Source: Spirochaetia bacterium
GTDB taxonomy: Bacteria > Spirochaetota > Spirochaetia > Sphaerochaetales > Sphaerochaetaceae
Assembly: GCA_022482625.1 (NCBI GenBank)
Contig: JAKVOU010000001.1
Span: forward strand, 1,038,784 to 1,102,783
DNA: 64,000 bases
Reading direction: 5' to 3'
Both the position numbers and the translations under genes were made by a program. This document shows positions 27,469 through 37,135 of this stretch, in pieces; within the stretch, counting starts at the first letter, position 1; every line of letters begins with the position of its first letter. The notes beneath the pieces were generated by a model, which saw nothing but the letters and a program-made list of their open reading frames with translations, was not told where the DNA came from and ran no database searches.

Positions 27469-28617
27469 ATGCAGAGTGAATCACGATTGACTTTTTTTGA
27501 AGCAACCAGCATTATCATCGGACATGGCGTAGGAAGCGGTATCCTAGCTGTACCCTATCTGGCTTCACGTACCGCATGGACAGATATCATATGGGTCATC
27601 ATAGTAGTCTATGCCATCAACTTACTGATGCATTTCATGATTGCAGAACTCTCACTGAGCAATGGTGGCCAGCAATTTATCAAATGCTTTGAATCCGAAC
27701 TGTTCACAGGAAAACTGAAAATGCTTTTCACATGGATTGCCTTTGCACTGCTGGGTCTGTCTGTTCTTATGAATGTCAGTGGATTCATTGCAGGATCTGC
27801 AGCAGTCTTTACCTCTTGGCTGGACATACCTGAACGGGCAGCCATGCTGCTATACTATGTTCTTGCCGGAAGTGTCGTTTTCTTCGGAATGAAAGCTGTC
27901 GGTATCTGTGAAAAGATTTCAGTAGCAGCAATGACTGCAGTCATCGGCATACTCTTTGTTGCAACATTGCTTTCACCAATGAACCCGCTTCCCACTCATT
28001 CCATAGCACAGGCAGACATACTGGCTCTCTATGGTATGATCGCTTTCTCCCTTTCAGCAGTCATGTCAGTCCCTCAAGTAGTAAAAGGTCTGGACGGAGA
28101 CCCAAGGAAAATCCGTCTTTCCATCCTTGCAGGAACCGCCATCAATACTTCCCTTCTGGTTCTCGTTACATTCATGACATTACTGGGAGCAGGCTCTTCA
28201 ATTACACAACGAGGTGCCTTGGTTGACCTTTCTGCACATCTCGGCGGTTGGGTTGCCGTCATAGGTTATGTCTTTTCATTGCTCGCACTTTCCACTTCAC
28301 TCTGGGCCAATACACTAAATCTAAGGGATATCGTACATGAACAGACATCGTTGGGACTGAAAACAAGTTGGCTCACCGCTTCATTGCCAAGCTTTGTTCT
28401 TGCTCTTCTCGGCATCCAGAGTTTCGTTGGATTCATCCGACTTGCCGGCATCATTCAAGTACTCACCGGCATTGCTATCATCATTGCTTACAGTCGATCA
28501 CGAAAACATGCAAAAGGAAGTCCTATATGTGGAAAATTCGGTACACTCCCTTTTCAAATCATGGTTGTTGCGGGTTCCCTGTTGGCAAGTATCGGTTCAG
28601 TCATAAAAATCCAATGA
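27469..28617 (+). CDS. Amino-acid permease (Trp/Tyr-permease / APC-superfamily-like)
   Basis: About 11 hydrophobic helices, with N-terminal FFEATSIIIGHGVGSGILAVPYLA resembling the TM1 motif of aromatic/hydroxy amino-acid permeases. Confidence 0.6.
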   Translation: MQSESRLTFFEATSIIIGHGVGSGILAVPYLASRTAWTDIIWVIIVVYAINLLMHFMIAELSLSNGGQQFIKCFESELFTGKLKMLFTWIAFALLGLSVLMNVSGFIAGSAAVFTSWLDIPERAAMLLYYVLAGSVVFFGMKAVGICEKISVAAMTAVIGILFVATLLSPMNPLPTHSIAQADILALYGMIAFSLSAVMSVPQVVKGLDGDPRKIRLSILAGTAINTSLLVLVTFMTLLGAGSSITQRGALVDLSAHLGGWVAVIGYVFSLLALSTSLWANTLNLRDIVHEQTSLGLKTSWLTASLPSFVLALLGIQSFVGFIRLAGIIQVLTGIAIIIAYSRSRKHAKGSPICGKFGTLPFQIMVVAGSLLASIGSVIKIQ

Positions 28618-28636
28618 TAGCTTAAGGAGAAATTTC

Positions 28637-29453
28637 ATGAAAAGTTTCAATACTGATTGTATTTCACAGACGGCTGCAACCATCATTTCACTTTTTGGCA
28701 ACATTCCAAGCAAAGATATGGCACAACCACTCACGCCAGTCATGTCTGCAGCAAAAATAGCATTCGATAATCATCCCTGTGATCGAATCTTCTTCTATAA
28801 TCCTGATGCAATCGCCCAATGGATCTACGAAAAATATCGGGATATGTTTGCACCGATACATGATCTCAATCCCCTTTCCCTACCAATGCTATCCATCTAT
28901 CCTCCGGTTACCCCGGTTTGCTTTGCTTCAATGTACAGCGGACTTTCTCCTGACAAACACGGAATCACAAAATATGAAAAACCCGTGCTCTCAGTACAGA
29001 CCATATTTGACATACTGCCAAGGCTCGGGAAAAAAGTAGCAATTATCTCAACGGCAAATGACAGCATATCCATGATTTTTCTCAAACGCCCTGTCGATTA
29101 CTATATCTACAAGACAAAAGAAGCCTGCAATGAAAAAGCCATGGAACTTATTGAAAATGATCAATATGATTTCATTACGTTGTACAATGGGGACTATGAC
29201 CACTATATGCATCGTTGTTCACCTACTGGAAACAGGGCACTCAAAGCACTTGCAGAAGATATCGAAACATTCCATAGCATATATGAAAGCATCGAACAAG
29301 CATTGGACATCTCACGATACGACCCTTGCATTCGCTCCGGACCATGGATGCCATGAAATACATAAATTCCTCGGTAGCCATGGAATAAACAGACCTTGTG
29401 ACATGAATACCGTTCACTTCTATACCTTTCTACAGCAAAAGGCATCAGAATAG
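28637..29453 (+). pseudogene. Alkaline-phosphatase-superfamily (nucleotide pyrophosphatase/phosphodiesterase-like) gene with a frameshift near 29300..29320
   Basis: ORF 28637..29356 has PPVTPVCFASMYSGLSPDKHGI (nucleophile region) and YNGDYDHYMH. The expected distal motif, LAFAPDHGCHE...GSHG, lies in the overlapping ORF 29130..29453 in another frame. Confidence 0.55.
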
Positions 29454-29454
29454 G

Positions 29455-29483
29455 GGAAAAGGATGGTCAAGCCATCCTTTTCC
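29455..29483. terminator. Hairpin between convergent genes
   Basis: GGAAAAGGATGG-tcaag-CCATCCTTTTCC (12-bp stem) followed by TGTTT. Confidence 0.65.
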
Positions 29484-29505
29484 TGTTTCATATGTTTTTC
29501 GCTAC

Positions 29506-30078
29506 TTACTGATAGCGTTTCAGAGCATTCTGGAAAGCGCTCAGATGATTCTTTGAAGCATCCCGAAGCTGAATGAAAAGATCTTTTACATCAGCATATT
29601 CAGATCCTGACAGGAGTTCGCTGTCCAAGAACTTTTCATACATGGCTATATTGTCTATTTCTGCCTGTACACCTGTTTCAAGTGCTTCTTTGATATCTGC
29701 CGGCATGACTACATGTTCCGCTCCCTTATCTTCCGGGACTGCAATGCCATGTGCATCATAGACATCCGTAAGCATCGAAATGTGTTGTACTTCTGACTGG
29801 ACGATGTTGGAAAACGGACGTTGCGTGCCGAACTGGGCAAGGATTGCCTCATATTCAGCATGTGCAAGATATTCATCCTCGATTGCATAACGAAGCATAT
29901 CTTCAACCGATGGATTCTGGGCAGCCTGTGCAGCTGCGGCACCCCATGCGGTAGCAGAATCATTGGTAGCAACAACAGCAGCAGTTCCATCGGCCGGCAT
30001 CTCCATATTTGCTTGGGCAAAAACCATGCCAGCAGAAACCATAACGACCATCAACAATGCAAGAAATCCTTTTTTCAT
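29506..30078 (-). CDS. Secreted ferritin-like DUF2202-type protein
   Basis: It has a signal peptide (MKKGFLALLMVVMVSAGMVFA). Repeated E-x2-H-like helices (AIEDEYLAHAEYEAI, SEVQHISML, EIDNIAMYEKF, ASKNHLSAFQ) are consistent with a ferritin-like four-helix protein. Confidence 0.6.
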   Translation of the reverse strand: MKKGFLALLMVVMVSAGMVFAQANMEMPADGTAAVVATNDSATAWGAAAAQAAQNPSVEDMLRYAIEDEYLAHAEYEAILAQFGTQRPFSNIVQSEVQHISMLTDVYDAHGIAVPEDKGAEHVVMPADIKEALETGVQAEIDNIAMYEKFLDSELLSGSEYADVKDLFIQLRDASKNHLSAFQNALKRYQ

Positions 30079-30238
30079 GTCTATTCTCCTTCAATTCAAT
30101 CTATCATACGGGCAGGAAGACCTTGTTATTCCTGTACAGTATTTTCGTCAAGAAACGTTTCCGTTTCCTTTTTACAATTGAATCATATCTGTCGGATGTG
30201 GGGAAAATATGGGAAAAATAGAAATTTTTAGAAAAAAA

Positions 30239-31552
30239 TCACGGCAAGATAATCTTCGATGCTACGAGTATTGCAACCAGTAGAAAGATTTTTTCTGCAA
30301 TCTGTCTGAACCGGTCACGCGTCTTGTGCAGCAGATGATCAAGACGGTAAGCCGCCCATTTGCCTGTGGTACAGGCCCCTGGAATTCCACCGGGAGGAGC
30401 AAGCCATTGCCCCGCGACCACCAGATTATCCACTCCCTTCACATAGGCACTGGGTGATTTCCTTGTACCTCCCTTGCCGATCACACAAGTCTGGTTATAT
30501 CTACGTTATGCATTGCAATACCGATGATACGTACCTGGTGTCCAAGTATCGAACAGGATCAGTTTACCTTTGTAGGCAGCTTCAATCTTCTGTTTAACCT
30601 GTTCAGCAAGCTTGCTTTTTTCTGTTTTATAAGATTTGCTGTCCAAATTTTTCCAATAGTCCCAACCTTCTGCCTGCATCCCCCATAATACTTGGATGAC
30701 TTGCTTGTCCTCGGGAGCAAAATCGGGTTCATAGGCATAGATCTTCAGGTTGATTCTGTTGTTCATCCTTTTGTCTTTCGTCAAATCAGAAACATCATAG
30801 GTTATCTCATAAGGCAGCAAGTTGACAGGGCTATCCACCGCCCCAAGCAGCCTGAAACATGCCATAGACAGGATAAGTCACAGGATATTCCAGATATTCC
30901 CTGATAGTTGGATCAAGGTAGGAATTGTCAAGGAGATGTGTAAAAGCATAAGGAATATCACAGCAGACAATACAGGAATCGACAGGAATCTGTCTGCCAT
31001 CGGATAAAGACAACCGGATCACTTTACCATTTTCCATGATAATCAGCCCTACGGTGAAGAAACGTGAAAGTTACCGCCAAGCTCTTCATAGCGTCTTTTC
31101 ATCCGAAAGGCCATTGCACGGGATCCTCCGTGGAAAATGCCTCCGTCACCTGAACTGAAGTTTTCGTAGCTTACAATGAATGATACAGCCCTTGATTCCT
31201 TGGTGCAGAAATCTGAAATGGTTGCGCTGATAAGCGGATGATGGAACTGATCCATCAAGTCCTGGGTATCCATTCCCTGCCCTGCCGCCTGCAGGCTTTG
31301 CAGGGCAAAAAGGACTTGGTCCTGTTCCTTGTCAGACAACAGGGCTTTGTCAAACGTATAGCCTGACATAAGGGAAATGCCACCGCCTTTTCCAGCAACC
31401 GTACAGATCGGAATTCCAGCCATGGACAGGGCATCGACATCCCTATACACAGTACGGACTAAGACTTCCAGTTGCCTAGCCAATTCTGGAGCCGTCACCT
31501 GATGTTTCCCAAGCAGGATATAGAGTATCTGGAAGAGCCTGTCATTTTTCAT
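30239..31552 (-). pseudogene. Chimeric pseudogene: YafY-type HTH N-terminus fused to a decayed phytoene-desaturase-family (CrtI-like) FAD oxidoreductase
   Basis: The ATG at 31552 opens MKNDRLFQILYILLGKHQVTAPELARQLEVLVRTVYRDVDALSMAGIPI (HTH), which runs in-frame into GGIFHGGSRAMAFRMKRRYEELGGNF (CrtI-like). A frameshift follows near 31045 (ENGKVIRLSLSDGRQIPVDSCIVCCD), another near 30860, and an in-frame TAA at 30506..30508. The tail reads VVAGQWLAPPGGIPGACTTG. Confidence 0.6.
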
Positions 31553-31678
31553 AGGACTTACCTCATTTTCTTCCAGTATATCCAAGCTACTGTATCATCA
31601 TCAAGTTTCGGCTCTCCTTATACAATGTATTTGTCTATCGGACTAGGAATTTTGCCTCAATAGTACAAATTCCGGCAT

Positions 31679-33157
31679 CTACATTGGGCTTCTGCAACAG
31701 GCAACGTCAAGCCTTTCCAACTTACGGTATTCCAACGGCAGGCGTCCTACTATGCTATGATAACCCTGACGTTGCCAAAGCTGTTCTGCGATGACAGCAA
31801 GGCGAGGATACATCTGGTATTCCGCATGACGCCCGAAACACACCATTTCAGTCCAGAGATTCGCCTGACCTCCAAGTATCAATTTTTGCGCATCAGGGCC
31901 CATATTTTCTGTCCATGGCCTGAAATCAGTTTCCTGACATATAGTTGACACACCAAGATTACCAGGTTCTTCAGGATCATCTGCCTGCTTGTAATCCAAA
32001 TAGTAGCCTTCGGTATTGGGACAGGCAATCACTTGATGTCCACAACCAATTGCCTTTGCAATGGCTGAAGTTCCTCTCCATGAAAGAATGACAAGGCCTT
32101 CCGGCAATGGGAAACCATCATGGAAATCCAAAAGCTCATCCCATCCGAGAGGAACCTTACCGGCATCTTTGACCATTTTGACTATCTTCATCGTATACCA
32201 GCCCTGCAGGACAGAAGGTACAATTCCAAGTTCCTTTGCCTTGGCCTGGCATCGTGGACAGTTTTCCCATGCTACTGAAGGGCATTCATCACCGCCGATA
32301 TGTATGTATGGATCAGGGAACAGCTCACACAGGGAATAAATGACCGCTTGCATAAAGGCAAATGATGCTTCATTTCCCACACAAAGCACCTCAGGAAACA
32401 CGCCCCATTGATCACGTACTTGATAGGGACCTCCACTACAACCAAGTTCAGGATAAGCAGCAAGCAAGGCACTTACATGACCCGGGCTGTCCACTTCAGG
32501 AACAACGGTCATCTGCCGTTCATGGGCAAAGGCAACTACATCATGGATATCCTCCCTTGTATAGAAACCACCATAGGAAACCTTGTAGTCAGGATATCGG
32601 ATATCACAACGTTTTGATGCAACAGTTTCCAGGAGTTCATACCCTCGGACAGGGAAACGCCATCCCTGGTCATCGGTAAGATGCCAATGGAACACATTGA
32701 GATGATGCATTGCCGCAACATCAATAAGTTTTTTTATTTCTTTTACAGAAAAAAAATGCCTACTGCAGTCAAGCATGAATCCCCGCCAACGATATGTAGG
32801 TTTATCAGAAATGCTGCAGCAAGGAATTCTACCCTCAGTTGCCAGATTCAGTTGCCTGAGGGTCTCAATTGCATGGTGCAGGCCAGGTACGGAAGAGGCC
32901 AAAGCGACAATTTGTGACTCACTTATCTCAAGGGTATAGGCCTCTTCGGCCATCTGTCCTTTTGCTTTGCCAAAAAACAAGTCCTCACCATGTTGATTGA
33001 CGGAAAGCAATTGTCCGATGAGAGGAACAAGCTCAGTAAAAAACGGATCAACCGTAAAATGATAGTTTTTACGCAAATCAAACATGCCGCATCCGTTTTG
33101 AATATGCTCAGGATGCGGCATCAGGAAATCAGCAGCATTGATTACAGGCTGGATCAT
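31679..33157 (-). CDS. Beta-N-acetylhexosaminidase, glycoside hydrolase family 20
   Basis: RGFMLDCSRHF, HWHLTDDQGWR and HIGGDE (catalytic D-E) motifs; 492 aa with no obvious signal peptide. Confidence 0.85.
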   Translation of the reverse strand: MIQPVINAADFLMPHPEHIQNGCGMFDLRKNYHFTVDPFFTELVPLIGQLLSVNQHGEDLFFGKAKGQMAEEAYTLEISESQIVALASSVPGLHHAIETLRQLNLATEGRIPCCSISDKPTYRWRGFMLDCSRHFFSVKEIKKLIDVAAMHHLNVFHWHLTDDQGWRFPVRGYELLETVASKRCDIRYPDYKVSYGGFYTREDIHDVVAFAHERQMTVVPEVDSPGHVSALLAAYPELGCSGGPYQVRDQWGVFPEVLCVGNEASFAFMQAVIYSLCELFPDPYIHIGGDECPSVAWENCPRCQAKAKELGIVPSVLQGWYTMKIVKMVKDAGKVPLGWDELLDFHDGFPLPEGLVILSWRGTSAIAKAIGCGHQVIACPNTEGYYLDYKQADDPEEPGNLGVSTICQETDFRPWTENMGPDAQKLILGGQANLWTEMVCFGRHAEYQMYPRLAVIAEQLWQRQGYHSIVGRLPLEYRKLERLDVACCRSPM

Positions 33158-33349
33158 AGGGAAATTCTCCTTATCTATGATTGCATATCACAGCCTATAA
33201 CACATAAAAAGTCACTACCTCAAACGGATACCTGACATAAAAATCTGATTTTTTATTGGCTAGCATCATGGATTCCCCAGATCAGGGCAACAGCAAAGCA
33301 AAAACAATCGGCACCCCCATAGCTGCAGCCGAAAAACCATTTCCACAGA

Positions 33350-34276
33350 TCAGGCAAACAGATTTTTCATCCTGACCACCTGTACCCTGGCATCACTGAC
33401 TCCCAGATAAAGCGTAGAACCATCATCTTCCTGTACACATCCTCCGGGAAAAATGACATCTTCCAAATCAGGACGCTTGGAAGGCCCGGGAAGCAGTCGG
33501 TTACGTTCCAATATAATCTGTGGCTCCCGGACAAGCTTACCGGTCATCGGATCGAGGACAAAGGTCATCGGATAATAATGTCTCCTGTTCCCCGAAGAAT
33601 AACAGGCAATATGTCCAAGGACTCCAAGTGATCCATCGGACAAGACCTGGACATGGTTCACCCCGCCCCATTCATCGGATTCAAACAACCCGAGCAAAGG
33701 AGCCTGTAAAATGGATTCCTGCGAAAGCTCGTTCCATGAAGACAGCAACATGAAACCTATTTGTCCCCGCCCTGCAATCCTGCCGCCCTGGGGTCGGGTA
33801 AATACGGCAATCCGTCCGTCTCCTATAGTACAGAACCTCAGATCCTTCATGACCGCAGGACCTGAGAAGAAAGGGACATAGGTACCCTTTCCTGCAATTT
33901 CATAGCAAGCAGTTTTCCAACCCAAAGCCCTGCCGTCTGCAGCAAAATCAACATCCACCCCTCCTAACAGGAGTTTGGAACCATTGATGGTCCAAAACGG
34001 ATCCTGCAAAGGCAAAGAAGGATATTCAAAGGCAGGTTTCCATGTTACCCCATTGTCGACCTGCTCAAACAATACGATCTTCGATCTTTCACTGTTCCTT
34101 GGTTCAACCCGTGCGGGAAGGATCTTCCGATTGTCAAGCAACAGAGGAAAAGACGGATTGTAGACATCCGCATCACCGACAGAAAGAAATTCCAGGTATC
34201 TGTCATCACATAAGGCCATCCTGGAACTTGAACGATAAGCTTTCAGCAAAGAAGCCACAGTATACGTATGAGCCAT
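33350..34276 (-). CDS. Uncharacterised beta-propeller-like protein (possibly DUF1861-type glycoside hydrolase/phosphorylase-like)
   Basis: 308-aa ORF tightly packed between the GH130 and GH20 genes. It has repeated short beta-strand segments with G/D/W turns. The family assignment is from memory only and is weak. Confidence 0.5.
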   Translation of the reverse strand: MAHTYTVASLLKAYRSSSRMALCDDRYLEFLSVGDADVYNPSFPLLLDNRKILPARVEPRNSERSKIVLFEQVDNGVTWKPAFEYPSLPLQDPFWTINGSKLLLGGVDVDFAADGRALGWKTACYEIAGKGTYVPFFSGPAVMKDLRFCTIGDGRIAVFTRPQGGRIAGRGQIGFMLLSSWNELSQESILQAPLLGLFESDEWGGVNHVQVLSDGSLGVLGHIACYSSGNRRHYYPMTFVLDPMTGKLVREPQIILERNRLLPGPSKRPDLEDVIFPGGCVQEDDGSTLYLGVSDARVQVVRMKNLFA

Positions 34277-34281
34277 AATCC

Positions 34282-35358
34282 CTATACCAGCAAACCATCC
34301 AATGTAATATCGACTCTGCAGATACTGTTGTCTGCAGCACCATAGAATACTATGACCTTATCACCAGATAGGATTGCTGTGCAAGGGAAAACGGTCTCAG
34401 AAAAGAAACCTGACTTTTCATATGGCATCTCAGGCAACATCACTGGCTTTACCGACCGTGACAGGATGACAGAAGGATCCTTACCATCAAGCAACAAGGC
34501 ACCCATTGCATACCTTTCCTGCATATCCACTCCATGGTAAAGAAGCAACCATCCTTCCGGTATATGTATCGGAGGAGTTCCGGCACCTATTTTCCCCCAT
34601 TCCCAGGAATTGCCTTCCCTGCTGCTGCATAGATGCCTATGGTTACCCCAATGGACCAGATCCACAGAATCAGCCAACCAAATATCAGAGCTCCCGATAT
34701 CGCCTGAAGGAGAGGGCCTGTGCAACAAGTAGTACCTGCCGTCTATGCGTTCAGGAAACAGGACTGTATCCTTATTTGTCGGAGGAAGGATCATTCCCAG
34801 TGACGCATAGGTCTTGAAATCATCGGTAACGGCAAGGGAAACCCCCACTCCATCTCTGCTTACAGATGAATACGTAAGATAATACTTACCTTCAAGTTCC
34901 GTAACCCGAGGATCTTCCATCCCCCAGGCTTCCGTCACAGGATCGGGCAATATACAAGGCGTGTCTGCGACCTGAAAATGATATCCGTCATCAGATATTG
35001 CCAACCTGAAGCTGGAAAAGCTTGTCAGTGCCACCACTTTTCCCGAACGACGGTCCCGTACGAGTCGGGAATCCGACAGATCCAGATGAGAATCATCACG
35101 GTCAAATGACAAAGAAGAAAACCCATTCCTATCCCAAAAAGGAACAATGAGCTTGTCTTCCTCTTGGGATATCATTCTCTCTGCAGTACGGCAGACCAAG
35201 TATACCCTGCCGTTCCGAAGTACTCCTCCACAATTGAATATGCCGACAACCTGCATTCCTTCTGCAGTAGGCTTGACGTCATCTATGGAAATGACAGGGT
35301 TTCCTTCATATCTATGCAAAACAGTGCTGTCCATATGTGCTCCCGGAAGGAAATCCAT
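34282..35358 (-). CDS. GH130-family glycoside phosphorylase (beta-1,4-mannosyl-sugar phosphorylase type)
   Basis: YEGNPVISIDDV, IFNCGGV, GMEDPRVTELEGKYYLTYSSVS and KIGAGTPPI are typical of GH130. Confidence 0.8.
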   Translation of the reverse strand: MDFLPGAHMDSTVLHRYEGNPVISIDDVKPTAEGMQVVGIFNCGGVLRNGRVYLVCRTAERMISQEEDKLIVPFWDRNGFSSLSFDRDDSHLDLSDSRLVRDRRSGKVVALTSFSSFRLAISDDGYHFQVADTPCILPDPVTEAWGMEDPRVTELEGKYYLTYSSVSRDGVGVSLAVTDDFKTYASLGMILPPTNKDTVLFPERIDGRYYLLHRPSPSGDIGSSDIWLADSVDLVHWGNHRHLCSSREGNSWEWGKIGAGTPPIHIPEGWLLLYHGVDMQERYAMGALLLDGKDPSVILSRSVKPVMLPEMPYEKSGFFSETVFPCTAILSGDKVIVFYGAADNSICRVDITLDGLLV

Positions 35359-35385
35359 AAAAGGATCTTCCTTCTCTGAAATCTT

Positions 35386-36210
35386 TTATTTGAATTGCAT
35401 GGCTATGCCTTGCTTGAAATATTTTGAAAAAGCCAGGAAAAGTATAAGTACAGGAAACGTAAGTATCACCGAGGCTGCATACAAAGGTCCCGGCAGATTA
35501 CCCATCGGTTTGAACTGCGTCGTAATCAGTACGTTCAATGTCTGCATCTGCAGTTTGGGCGCCATCAGCATATCCCACATCAATTCCGACCAACGGCCTA
35601 GGAAAATTGAAAGGAACACGATGATTGAAATAGTCTTGCAAATCGGAAAGGCAATGGTAAAGGCTATACGGACCTCGCTTGCCCCATCAATTCTTGCAGA
35701 TTCAAATATCGAAGAAGAAAGAGTCTTGAAATAATTATAATACATCAGGATAGCCCAGGCCGATATGGTGAAAGGGATGATCATACCAAGGTAATTGTTG
35801 ACTAGAGGTCTCAGCAACATATACTGCGGTACAAGCAGGATAATGGTAGGGAAAAACATCTGGAACAAAAGGATGTCATAGATAGCTTTGCCACCGCTGA
35901 AACGAATCTTTGTCATAGCATAGGCAATCAAAAGGCCTGTCACCAACGCTATACCCGTAGAAACAGTACTGACAAACACTGAATTGAACATCGACCTGAT
36001 CCACATCAGACGATTGTCTGCACCACCATTGGTCATGAGATAGCTATAACTGTCAGCAACCAGATGATGGGGAACCATAGATGTATCAACCTCAGCCCAA
36101 GGAGTAAATGACTGCAGCAGGATATAATAATAAGGAAACAATGACACAACTGCCAGAAGCAGCGCAACAGCAATTGCTATAGTGCGGGATTTCCGTTTCC
36201 GTAGATACAT
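35386..36210 (-). CDS. Carbohydrate ABC transporter permease
   Basis: Six TM segments and the EAA loop ESARIDGASEVRIAFTIAFP. Confidence 0.85.
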   Translation of the reverse strand: MYLRKRKSRTIAIAVALLLAVVSLFPYYYILLQSFTPWAEVDTSMVPHHLVADSYSYLMTNGGADNRLMWIRSMFNSVFVSTVSTGIALVTGLLIAYAMTKIRFSGGKAIYDILLFQMFFPTIILLVPQYMLLRPLVNNYLGMIIPFTISAWAILMYYNYFKTLSSSIFESARIDGASEVRIAFTIAFPICKTISIIVFLSIFLGRWSELMWDMLMAPKLQMQTLNVLITTQFKPMGNLPGPLYAASVILTFPVLILFLAFSKYFKQGIAMQFK

Positions 36211-36224
36211 GACCGTCTTCCTCC

Positions 36225-37112
36225 CTATTCGGCTTCAGTGACATAGCGGTTGGAAATGGCAATGACCAATCGCAAAGTAATAAAAATACAAAGTCCCAGC
36301 AGAATGGCAATCATGGCACCATAACCGGATTTGAAGCTGACAAACGAAGTATTGTACAGTAAAAGCTGCCATGACAAAGTCGATTTTGAAGGTCCACCGC
36401 CAGTGAGCAGATACGGCTCGGTAAAAATACTATAGACCAATCCGGTTGCCAAAATGATGACACTTTGCATGGAAGATGCAATGATCGGCATGACAATCTT
36501 CCAGAACCGCCGCACACTTCCTGCCCCATCTATTTCAGCCGCTTCAAGGATTTCCGACTGTATCGCTTCATAGGAAGCAAACAGGAACAGGGAGTAGTAA
36601 CCGCTGACTTTCCATACGATGATGAAGACAATCACCCAGAAAGCAACTTTAGGGTCAGTGAACCATCCTACATTCAGGTTCCATGCCGAACGGAGCCAAG
36701 TATTGAAGACAGAACTATAGCTGAAGAAATATCGAACGAATACTGAGGTTGCCACTCCGCTGGTCAAGTAAGGAACAAAAAATATGACCGAAAATATTCC
36801 TTTGAGACTTGCCGGCAAGTTGTGCAGTACCGAAGCAATTCCCATGGAAAGCAAGCAGACCAAAGGAACGATGGCAACCAGATATTTCAATCCATTGAAG
36901 AAAACCTTGCTGACATTGGGATCTTTCAATGCCGTCTTCAAATTACCGAGGCCAACCCAATTCCAGGAAAGCGCCATCAAGTTCCAATCTGTACCAGCCA
37001 GCCAAAAAGCCCAGATCAGCGGCAATGCGAAAAGTAATGCCGCATAGAGCACATAGGGAGATACAAATATCCACCCGGTAGCATTTTCCTTTGCATGATA
37101 GTGTCTGTTCAT
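36225..37112 (-). CDS. Carbohydrate ABC transporter permease
   Basis: TM-rich, with the EAA loop EAAEIDGAGSVRRFWKIVMP. Confidence 0.85.
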   Translation of the reverse strand: MNRHYHAKENATGWIFVSPYVLYAALLFALPLIWAFWLAGTDWNLMALSWNWVGLGNLKTALKDPNVSKVFFNGLKYLVAIVPLVCLLSMGIASVLHNLPASLKGIFSVIFFVPYLTSGVATSVFVRYFFSYSSVFNTWLRSAWNLNVGWFTDPKVAFWVIVFIIVWKVSGYYSLFLFASYEAIQSEILEAAEIDGAGSVRRFWKIVMPIIASSMQSVIILATGLVYSIFTEPYLLTGGGPSKSTLSWQLLLYNTSFVSFKSGYGAMIAILLGLCIFITLRLVIAISNRYVTEAE

Positions 37113-37135
37113 GTCAGGTTGACCTCCTTACTTAT

